Assembly (NCBI GenBank): GCA_038245405.1 | Contig: JBBRSO010000003.1 | Location: forward strand, 3,300-67,299 | DNA length: 64,000 bases | Direction of reading: 5' to 3' | Origin: Bacteroidales bacterium | Lineage (GTDB): Bacteria > Bacteroidota > Bacteroidia > Bacteroidales > VadinHA17 | Part shown: piece by piece, positions 9,087-16,936 of the stretch | Numbering within the stretch: position 1 is the first letter of the stretch | Layout of the letters: each line of letters begins with the position of its first letter | Notes under the pieces: generated by a model | Database searches by the model: none | Told to the model about the DNA's origin: nothing | Seen by the model: only the letters and a program-made list of their open reading frames with translations | Program-made: the position numbers and the translations under genes

Positions 9087-10049
9087 TTAATTCAAATCAT
9101 TTATGATCCTCTGTAACACTTCAGGAAACTCATGTCCGGCTTCCAGTGTTGCAGCACAATAACCACCATCAGGAGATATGCATGGATTTCCATTTATTTC
9201 AATAACAAATACATTATCATTACTGTCGGTACGGACATCAACTCTTGCATATCCTTTCAATCCAAAGAGCTTCCAGCAAGCAAATGCAGCCGATCTCAGG
9301 TTTTCTAGTAATTTAGGAGTAAGCTTATCACCGTGAAATTCGCGGATAGTATTTATATACTCAAAGCTCTCCATTTCCCATTTAGCATTAAAATCGATGA
9401 TTTTGGGTTTATTTTCATCGTAATTTACAAAGACTATCTCTGCAGGGGGCATCACTTCAGGCCCATCTGGTCCTGCAAGAACGCTGACGTTGAATTCTCT
9501 GCCATCGATAAAGTCTTCAATGAAATAGTGGGCATCATCAAGATTTTTCAGTTTTTCCTCATAACCCGGCTTACATTCGAACACTGAATCGGCTGTTATA
9601 CCCAGAGAACCATCTTCCCATATTGGTTTTACAATATATTTCCGTCCGGGTATAAGCATTTTGTATTCTGAAGGAGCGTATGAACCCGGGTTATTGATAC
9701 CGGCATTTTTCATAGCCTTGCTGCAAATTGTTTTATTTGTTGTGAGAAATATTGATTCAACAGAATTTCCTGAATAAGGGATGGAATACATATTCAGGAG
9801 GGCAGGCACAAAATATATAAGTTCTCCCTTATTGTTTATCGATTCCACAAGGTTAAAGACAAAATCAGGCTTTTCTTTTGCGAGAACAGCAATCTCCTCC
9901 ATGAAGCGTTCAGTGATGCCTTTTCTATATACGGAAATCCCCAGTTCAATTAAATGTTTTTCAATGTGAGCTACCTGATCGAGTACATCCAGCTCATCGG
10001 CTAATGCGTTTACACTTGGCTCGTTATAAATAATACAACACCTCCTCAT
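9087..10049 (-). CDS. ATP-grasp ligase, D-alanine--D-alanine ligase family (second of a tandem pair)
   Basis: 320 aa. Ddl-like layout with a C-terminal GYARVDVR...VFVIEINGNP motif. Lies 38 nt downstream of its paralogue. Confidence 0.75.
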   Translation of the reverse strand: MRRCCIIYNEPSVNALADELDVLDQVAHIEKHLIELGISVYRKGITERFMEEIAVLAKEKPDFVFNLVESINNKGELIYFVPALLNMYSIPYSGNSVESIFLTTNKTICSKAMKNAGINNPGSYAPSEYKMLIPGRKYIVKPIWEDGSLGITADSVFECKPGYEEKLKNLDDAHYFIEDFIDGREFNVSVLAGPDGPEVMPPAEIVFVNYDENKPKIIDFNAKWEMESFEYINTIREFHGDKLTPKLLENLRSAAFACWKLFGLKGYARVDVRTDSNDNVFVIEINGNPCISPDGGYCAATLEAGHEFPEVLQRIINDLN

Positions 10050-10087
10050 AATTCCTGTCCCTATATTTAATTTAGAAACTCAAAGTC

Positions 10088-11056
10088 TTAGTTTTTAATC
10101 CTCCTGATAGCTGATTTCATAATCATCTCAAGTAATGCCTGGTATTCGATGCCATACATTCTGGCTAGTATCGGAAGATCAGAATGTACAGGGTTCAGAC
10201 CTGCCAGCGGATTTGCTTCGATGAAACAGATATTCCCATTACGATCGGCTTTCAGATCTACTCTGCCGGCATCTACAGCGTCTAATGCTTTCCATGCCCG
10301 CAGTGATACTGATTTGCACTCCTCAATTATTTCAGGATCAAGAGGTTTATATGTACAATAATTCTGGTAATTCTCTTTCACTTCAACTGAATAAGGCAAA
10401 TTATTAATAGTCATCACCTCCATTCCGCCAATTGCCACAGCATCATCGCCGTAACCTACAACACCAACGGTGAATTCCCTTCCTGGCAGATATTCTTCCA
10501 AAAGGGCCGGCTGATGGAACTCTGAAAGGATCCATTCAACCATGGTCTTAAGCTCCTCAGGGCTGTGGACGAAACTTTTATCAGTTATTCCTTTACCAGT
10601 ACCTTCTGAAACGGGTTTTACAAACAGAGGATAGCTTAAAGTACATCTCTCAAGATCATTAATGTCGTTAATAAGTAAACCAGGGCTAACAGGAACGCCT
10701 GATGCAGCCACTACAAGCTTTGCCAAATGTTTATTTAGGGATAGTCCCATAATTACAGGACCGCTGAAAACATACGGGATTTTATACTGATCCAGTATAG
10801 CAGGAACAACTGATTCCCTTCCATCTCCATAAAGTCCTTCTGCAATATTAAAGACGATATCCCATTTATTGCCTGCGGCAAGAGCTTCAATCAATTGAAA
10901 TGTATTTCCGATGGGTTCAGTCTGATGACCCATTAGTTTCAATGCATTTTCAATTGCATCAACTGTTTCCTGCTTATCAAATTCGGCAGTTTCATCCATG
11001 GAATATCCACGATCAATGTACCATGACCGGAGATCATACGTTAAACCAACTTTCAT
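10088..11056 (-). CDS. ATP-grasp ligase, D-alanine--D-alanine ligase family (first of a tandem pair)
   Basis: 322 aa. LFVKPVSEGTGKGI, EEYLPGREFTVGV and AGRVDLKADRNGNICFIEANPLAGL are typical of the Ddl/ATP-grasp fold. Lies 9 nt downstream of the aminomutase gene. Confidence 0.8.
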   Translation of the reverse strand: MKVGLTYDLRSWYIDRGYSMDETAEFDKQETVDAIENALKLMGHQTEPIGNTFQLIEALAAGNKWDIVFNIAEGLYGDGRESVVPAILDQYKIPYVFSGPVIMGLSLNKHLAKLVVAASGVPVSPGLLINDINDLERCTLSYPLFVKPVSEGTGKGITDKSFVHSPEELKTMVEWILSEFHQPALLEEYLPGREFTVGVVGYGDDAVAIGGMEVMTINNLPYSVEVKENYQNYCTYKPLDPEIIEECKSVSLRAWKALDAVDAGRVDLKADRNGNICFIEANPLAGLNPVHSDLPILARMYGIEYQALLEMIMKSAIRRIKN

Positions 11057-11065
11057 TTACAAACC

Positions 11066-12307
11066 CTATTTTTCAGGATATTCACATAAAACACCTTTGT
11101 AGTTACGCAACACTATCTTATCGTTGGTATGTTCCACTACGTACTCGGGAAGCAAAGGGATTTTCCCACCTCCGCCCGGGGCGTCAACAACAAATGTAGG
11201 TACAGCATAACCACTGGTAAAACCGCGCAAACCTTTTATTATTTCAAGCCCTTTTCTGACAGTCGTTCTGAAGTGGCCCGATCCCGGGATCAAATCGCAT
11301 TGATAAAGGTAATAAGGTCTTACTCTGATCTTTAATAGTTTGTGCATGAGTTCTTTCATGGTAGGAACATTATCATTGATTCCTTTCAGAAGAACTGTCT
11401 GACTTCCGAGAGGAAAACCTCCGTCGGCCAGCTTGTTGCATGCCTTAGCGCATTCTTCCGTAATTTCATCAGGGTGCGAAAAATGCAGACTGAGGAAAAG
11501 TGGATGATATTTTTTGAGAACATTGATCAGATTATCGGTAACTCTCTGAGGAAGAACCACGGGTATTCTGGTTCCGATACGAATCATTTCAACATGCTCA
11601 ATGCTACGAATATTTGAAAGTATGTAATCGAGGGTCTCATCATTTAAAGTGAGAGGATCACCACCACTTATCAACACGTCACGAACTTCTTTGTGAGTAG
11701 CAATATAATTAAATGCTTTTTCAAAATCCTGCCGGGCTAATTTGTCTAACCGTCCGACTGAATGTGATCTGGTGCAATATCTGCAATAATTTGAACATAC
11801 TTGTGTAACTGTGAATAAAACTCTATCGGGATATCTGTGAACAATACCTTTAACCGGGGAGAATGCCTTCTCGTGCAGAGGATCAGATTGTTCGCTACTT
11901 GTCTCAAGCAATTCCTCAATAACAGGTATAACATTGCGACGTAAAGGATGCGCAGGTTTACTGTCATAAATGAGTGATGCAAAGTAGGGAGTGATTCTGA
12001 GTGGCAACCGGCCTTTCAGATTGTTGATGGCTAGAATCTCCTTGTCTGATAATTTCATGATTTTCTTCAGGTCTTCGAGATTGTTGATTGAGTTTCGAAG
12101 TTGCCATTTCCAATCATTCCAGGAGTCGATAGTCGTTAGGGGGAAGTAGCGGTGCATAAACTCCGAACTTCGGTTGCTAACTAACGGATTTGGGATTTCG
12201 TTTTGCGAAAAAAACGTGGTTTTCGCGCCAGGCTCTTCATCAGAAGAGCAACCCACGAGGCGACTCTCTCCGTGGAGCGTCTTAGCCTCATTATTGTTAG
12301 CGTTCAT
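11066..12307 (-). CDS. kamA: lysine 2,3-aminomutase (KamA-family radical SAM enzyme)
   Basis: Radical SAM motif CSNYCRYCTRS and RPYYLYQCDL...PTFVVDAPGGGGK, closely resembling the Clostridium enzyme. The ORF track begins at TTG 12376. The first ATG (12307) gives 413 aa, the usual size. Confidence 0.85.
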   Translation of the reverse strand: MNANNNEAKTLHGESRLVGCSSDEEPGAKTTFFSQNEIPNPLVSNRSSEFMHRYFPLTTIDSWNDWKWQLRNSINNLEDLKKIMKLSDKEILAINNLKGRLPLRITPYFASLIYDSKPAHPLRRNVIPVIEELLETSSEQSDPLHEKAFSPVKGIVHRYPDRVLFTVTQVCSNYCRYCTRSHSVGRLDKLARQDFEKAFNYIATHKEVRDVLISGGDPLTLNDETLDYILSNIRSIEHVEMIRIGTRIPVVLPQRVTDNLINVLKKYHPLFLSLHFSHPDEITEECAKACNKLADGGFPLGSQTVLLKGINDNVPTMKELMHKLLKIRVRPYYLYQCDLIPGSGHFRTTVRKGLEIIKGLRGFTSGYAVPTFVVDAPGGGGKIPLLPEYVVEHTNDKIVLRNYKGVLCEYPEK

Positions 12308-12722
12308 AACAGATGATGAATGTTTTTCACCTTTTCTTTTTAAGTTTGTTTGTTTTAAATTAATACTGTTTATCAAAAATAATTAGCCACGAAAATATAT
12401 AAACTATAAATACATTGTATCATCATGCTACCATAAATATTAACACTAATTGAATTTTATTAACAATCAAAATTTTTCAGTCTATTAGATGTAGCTATAA
12501 TTCATTGATATTCATAATTATACAATTTTTTATATTAATTATTCTCTTGTAAATTATTTTGGTATTTTTTTGATCTGAATTTAAAAATTTGACGAATAAT
12601 AATTGCTCTTTTCATTAATATAGACTGTTACAACATTCAGACTGAAAAATGATCAGTTTTTAAATCTTCATTCAATAACATAAAAAAATAAAAAATCGTA
12701 TATTTTCGACCATTTTTTATTA

Positions 12723-14162
12723 ATGATAAACATCATAAAAATGAATCCTGAGATCTTTCCAAAAAAACGGAATGGCATAAAATCATTTTTTAAAGACGTT
12801 GCAGAAGCAATTTCAGGCACAGAACAGGACTTCACTGAAGGCAAAATGAGCAGGGCTATTCTGCTTTTGTCAATACCCGCAGTTTTGGAAATGGTGATGG
12901 AGTCAATTTTTGTTATCGTTGACATCTACTTTGTATCAAAGCTCGGGGCAAATGCAGTGGCAACTGTTGGAATCACTGAATCGGTGATAACCATAATTTA
13001 TGCTATTGCAATAGGGCTGGGCATGGCTACTACATCGATAGTATCGCGCCGGATAGGTGAAAAAAACCCGGACTCAGCATCAATTGCCGCATTCCAGGCT
13101 ATATTGGTTGGGATAATAGTCTCATTTGCAATAGGTATCCCTGGAGCATTTTTTGCAAAAGACCTTTTGAGGACAATGGGCGCAACAAGCCAGATAGTCG
13201 AAACAATGTCGGGTTATACAAGGATCATGCTGGGCGGCAATATAGTGATAATGATGCTGTTTATTATTAATGCCATATTCCGAAGCGCCGGTGATGCAGC
13301 TGTTGCAATGAAAGTGCTGTGGATAGGAAATATAATTAATATTATGCTTGATCCCTGTCTGATCTTTGGTCTGGGTCCCTTTCCGCATTTAGGCATAACA
13401 GGAGCAGCTGTAGCCACTACAATTGGAAGAGGCACTGCTGTTGCGGTACAGTTTTATCTACTGTTCTCCGGCAGGAAAAGAATAAAGCTGGCCAGGAAAC
13501 ATCTTCGGGTTGATTTCAAATTAATGATAAAACTTATGAAGCTTTCTTTTGGGAGCATAGGACAGAATCTTATCAGTACTACGAGCTGGATAGCGCTTGT
13601 TCGCATCCTTTCTTCATTTGGAAGTGAAGTGGTTGCAGGTTACACAATAGCGATAAGGATAATAGGTTTTAGCATTATGCCATCATGGGGTATCAGCAAT
13701 GCTGCATCAACACTGGTAGGCCAGAACCTGGGTGCAAAAAAACCGGAGAGGGCTGAAAAAGCCGTCTGGGTAACGGCTTGGGTAAATATGGTTCTCCTTA
13801 GTATAATAGGATTGATGTATGTTCTTTTCCCTGAGCCATTCATTCGCTTGTTTATAAACGATGAGAACGTTGTGAAATCAGGCATTCTCGGACTCAGGAT
13901 AATAAGCATAGGATTCATTTCGTATGGTCTGGGAATGGTTCTCGTAAACTCCTTTAATGGGGCAGGAGATACATCTACGCCACTCAAAATTAATATTTTT
14001 GCCTTCTGGATGCTTGAAATCCCACTGGCATGGCTCCTCTCAATGAAAGCCGGTATGGAAGAATCGGGAGTATTTATTGCAATTGTTGTAGCAGAGTCAT
14101 TTATGACCCTTACAGCATGGATAATATTCAGAAAAGGGAAGTGGAAGCTGAAAGAGGTTTAA
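12723..14162 (+). CDS. MATE-family efflux transporter
   Basis: 479 aa, about 12 TM helices, with a typical MATE N-terminus (ILLLSIPAVLEMVMESIFVIVDIYFVSKLG). An alternative ATG lies at 12741. Confidence 0.85.
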   Translation: MINIIKMNPEIFPKKRNGIKSFFKDVAEAISGTEQDFTEGKMSRAILLLSIPAVLEMVMESIFVIVDIYFVSKLGANAVATVGITESVITIIYAIAIGLGMATTSIVSRRIGEKNPDSASIAAFQAILVGIIVSFAIGIPGAFFAKDLLRTMGATSQIVETMSGYTRIMLGGNIVIMMLFIINAIFRSAGDAAVAMKVLWIGNIINIMLDPCLIFGLGPFPHLGITGAAVATTIGRGTAVAVQFYLLFSGRKRIKLARKHLRVDFKLMIKLMKLSFGSIGQNLISTTSWIALVRILSSFGSEVVAGYTIAIRIIGFSIMPSWGISNAASTLVGQNLGAKKPERAEKAVWVTAWVNMVLLSIIGLMYVLFPEPFIRLFINDENVVKSGILGLRIISIGFISYGLGMVLVNSFNGAGDTSTPLKINIFAFWMLEIPLAWLLSMKAGMEESGVFIAIVVAESFMTLTAWIIFRKGKWKLKEV

Positions 14163-14178
14163 TTATGGTTTACAAAGT

Positions 14179-14607
14179 TCATATGCCTGATGATTCATTT
14201 GCTGTTCCTCTCATTTTTTTGATATAACCCCTGATCCTTTTTGCTTCGAGTCTCTTAAGCTTTGATGCTTTTGTGGGCTTTGTTGATTTTCGTTTCTTTT
14301 TAAATGTAAGCGCCCTTGAAATAAGGTCGTAGAATTTATCAGTCACAACTTCCTTATTCGCTAATTGGGAACGTTCAACCTGCGAGATTAAGATAAGCTC
14401 ATTTTCCTTGTTAATTTTATTTTTTAACCTTGTCAGGATTAATGCTTTTTCCTCATCAGTGAATGCCCGGGATTGCAATACATTAAATCTTAACTCAACT
14501 TTTGTACTTACCTTATTGACATTCTGTCCACCCGGCCCTCCGCTTCTTGATGCTGAAAAAATAAATTCTTTTTCCAGGTCACGACTTTTGAGCTCTTCAG
14601 TATTCAT
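14179..14607 (-). CDS. arfB: alternative ribosome-rescue factor ArfB (peptidyl-tRNA hydrolase, RF-1 domain)
   Basis: 142 aa. GGQ motif (SGGPGGQNVNKVSTKVELRF) and a basic C-terminal tail (KKKRKSTKPTKASKLKRLEAKRIR). Confidence 0.85.
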   Translation of the reverse strand: MNTEELKSRDLEKEFIFSASRSGGPGGQNVNKVSTKVELRFNVLQSRAFTDEEKALILTRLKNKINKENELILISQVERSQLANKEVVTDKFYDLISRALTFKKKRKSTKPTKASKLKRLEAKRIRGYIKKMRGTANESSGI

Positions 14608-14624
14608 TTTTTATACCTATTATA

Positions 14625-15527
14625 TTATACGAAAAAGAGCGCTACTCCTCCAACACTCACAACAGCACCCAGAATCTCAGCTAAAGTAACTTTTTGTTTG
14701 TACAGTATAACTGCAGGAAGAATAATAAGGACAGGAACCAGAGCCATTATTGTTGAAGCTATGCCTGCCTCGGTATATTTTATGGCTACCAAAGAGAATG
14801 AAACTCCCAGGAACGGTCCGAAAAATGAACCGATGGTGGTCGATATCATACCTGATCTATGGTGAGTTGCCTTCACAACATTGCTCCATCTTGAAAGAAA
14901 TGTTACTAACAAAGTAAATCCTGCCAAACCGGCTATAATTCTTATTTGTGTTGCAGCGAAGGGATCATAATCCTTCATTCCAAATTTGCTTAGCACCAGG
15001 CCAAGAGCCTGGCCTACAGCACCGCCAAAAGCAAATAAAATTCCTTTTGGTGAAAGTTTCAGCGATAATTTCTCGCCTTTTCCCGGTCGGCTGAATATTG
15101 CCATCGCAATTCCTGTGAAAGTCAGTGTCATTCCAAGATAATGAAACAGAGTGAGCTTTTCACCAAGGATAACAAAACTGAAAAAAGCTGTAATAGGAGG
15201 AACAAGCGTCATGATAAGCATTGAAAACCTGGATCCTATCATTGTATACGACTTAAACAGGAAAAGATCTCCGAAAACAAATCCCACAAGTCCGGAAAGG
15301 GCCAGCCATATCCAGTTCTCAGAACTTGCATCGAAAGGAAGGAGAAGACCTCTTCTTATAAGATTGAAAACACTAAGAAAAATCAGACCGATTAATAATC
15401 TGAGTATATTGACAGCTACAGAACCAATTTTGTTGCTTGCCGACTCAATTGACAGCGAAGTGATAGTCCAGAAGACTGCAGTTAGCAATGCCGCAAATTC
15501 CCCAAGATGGTTGTTGAAAAAAATCAT
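14625..15527 (-). CDS. DMT-superfamily (EamA-type) transporter
   Basis: 300 aa, 10 predicted TM helices in two EamA-like halves. Confidence 0.8.
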   Translation of the reverse strand: MIFFNNHLGEFAALLTAVFWTITSLSIESASNKIGSVAVNILRLLIGLIFLSVFNLIRRGLLLPFDASSENWIWLALSGLVGFVFGDLFLFKSYTMIGSRFSMLIMTLVPPITAFFSFVILGEKLTLFHYLGMTLTFTGIAMAIFSRPGKGEKLSLKLSPKGILFAFGGAVGQALGLVLSKFGMKDYDPFAATQIRIIAGLAGFTLLVTFLSRWSNVVKATHHRSGMISTTIGSFFGPFLGVSFSLVAIKYTEAGIASTIMALVPVLIILPAVILYKQKVTLAEILGAVVSVGGVALFFV

Positions 15528-15660
15528 TTATAATAGGATAGTCTTAATTATCTTTAAAGGCCGTAAAATTAAAACTATTTACAAATACATGAGGTAATTA
15601 GTAATTAAAAAATATATAGTATCGATTGTTTAATTAACATTCAATAAATAAGACAAAACT

Positions 15661-16431
15661 ATGAATATCCAGACTCGGGATCATTTTATGTCGCAATGGA
15701 AGAAACATTTCAATAATGCTGATCTTCCTATTACATATTATTATACAGATGAACCAAAGAATTCAGAGATTGTACCTTCTGGTGGAAAATGGAGTTGCAT
15801 AATCTGTCAGCTTCAGAAAGTCAGAACAGGAACTTCGCTTGCATTTTCCGCAGAGTCTGTCAAGTGCGGAGGAGCAAAAAGGTATCTTGGATTTTCAGAA
15901 ACCATTCGTCCTGATTTCGAATACTTCCTTTCATGTGGGATTGAAAACGAAATGGAAGGAGAGAGATATATCCAGACACCTCAACTTGTTCTGGACCTGA
16001 TGAAAAAGCAGAAGAAACTAAAAATCACAAGTAAGTATGTAGTATTTAAGCGTTGGGATATGCTCACAGAAAAGGATAATCCGGAGATGGTTGCATTTTT
16101 TGCAGTCCCCGATATATTATCAGGTTTGTTTACCCTGGCAAATTTCGATCAGTCGGAACCCGATAGTACTATCGCTCCATTTGCAGCTGGATGCGGATCA
16201 CTGGTTTATTTTCCTATGGTTGAAAAAGATTCAGAGAGGCCAAGAGCGGTTCTGGGTATGTTTGATGTATCGGCACGGCCATGTGTACCGGATGGAGTAC
16301 TTTCTTTTTCAGTACCAATGGTGAAGTTCATAAAAATGATTGGTTATATGGATGAAAGCTTCCTGATAACTAAGTCGTGGAATAAAGTTCAGAAACGTAT
16401 CAACCCCCAATCCCCCCATATCGGGGGCTAA
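15661..16431 (+). CDS. DUF169-like protein
   Basis: 256 aa. The conserved Cys/Gly pattern (KCGGAKRYLGF, AAGCGS) resembles DUF169. The last residues (INPQSPHIGG) and the stop codon lie inside repeat 16401-16497. Confidence 0.5.
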   Translation: MNIQTRDHFMSQWKKHFNNADLPITYYYTDEPKNSEIVPSGGKWSCIICQLQKVRTGTSLAFSAESVKCGGAKRYLGFSETIRPDFEYFLSCGIENEMEGERYIQTPQLVLDLMKKQKKLKITSKYVVFKRWDMLTEKDNPEMVAFFAVPDILSGLFTLANFDQSEPDSTIAPFAAGCGSLVYFPMVEKDSERPRAVLGMFDVSARPCVPDGVLSFSVPMVKFIKMIGYMDESFLITKSWNKVQKRINPQSPHIGG

Positions 16432-16497
16432 GAAGACTGCCAAGGTTAAGTCCCCCCTATATTTGGGGGATTAGGGCATAGCCGTCAAGCTAAGACT
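16401..16497. repeat. composite C5/G5 nested-hairpin element, inverted copy
   Basis: caacccccaatccccccatatcgggggctaagaagac...gtcccccctatatttgggggattagggcatagccgtcaagctaagac. This is the reverse-orientation homologue of 8176-8287 and 38828-38922. Confidence 0.6.
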
Positions 16498-16537
16498 AGT
16501 TATATGTCTGATAATAAGCATGCTAAGAGAGTATAAT

Positions 16538-16622
16538 TTCCCCTCCTTTCTTCAAGGAGGGGTGGCCCGGACCACAAATCTTCGGAAGAAATAACTAGTA
16601 TGTACTGGGCCGGGGTGGTTTG
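16538..16622 (+). repeat. ~85-bp structured element (cccctcc...ggaggggtggcccgg ... gggccggggtggtt), copy 1
   Basis: Starts with the hairpin cccctcctttcttcaaggagggg, then tggcccgg, a variable core and gggccggggtggttt. An inverted copy is at 16797-16883 and a third copy at 36188-36271. Confidence 0.6.
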
Positions 16623-16639
16623 ATAACCGAAGGATTTTT

Positions 16640-16776
16640 CTAATACATAATCAGAGCCATGAAATACAAAAGTGTTTACTTTTTAATAACTCCTACAAAG
16701 CAACTTCAGCAGATGTTGAGTTATTTCTCAGCAGTTTTCGATGAGCTTTAAGATACTTCCTAATATAGATCCGCAT
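16640..16776 (-). pseudogene. remnant of a DUF559 (Vsr-like endonuclease domain) gene
   Basis: Minus-strand translation MRIYIRKYLKAHRKLLRNNSTSAEVAL*ELLKSKHF... matches the DUF559 N-terminal pattern (LRxNxTxAExxLWxxLR). TAG replaces the conserved Trp codon, and the frame decays after about 40 codons. Confidence 0.4.
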
Positions 16777-16796
16777 TTTTTTGGATTGCTCATAAT

Positions 16797-16883
16797 AAAC
16801 CACCCCGGCCCGGGAGAAAGTTTTTGGTATCCACCTAAAGATTCATAACCGGGCCACCCCTCCTTGAAAATAGGAGGGGAAAT
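16797..16883 (-). repeat. ~85-bp structured element, inverted copy 2
   Basis: Its reverse complement, atttcccctcctattttcaaggaggggtggcccgg...gggccggggtggttt, matches both ends of 16538-16622. The two copies bracket the DUF559 remnant. Confidence 0.6.
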
Positions 16884-16936
16884 TTATTCTCTCTCACATT
16901 TTGATTATCTGATAGATACCGTTCTTAGCTGTGTAT

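Noticed and set aside
12377-12722. Possible lysine riboswitch or other leader RNA upstream of kamA
   Set aside because: The region is extremely AT-rich with almost no G/C to build the conserved helices of a lysine riboswitch. It looks like a plain divergent promoter region shared by kamA and the MATE gene.
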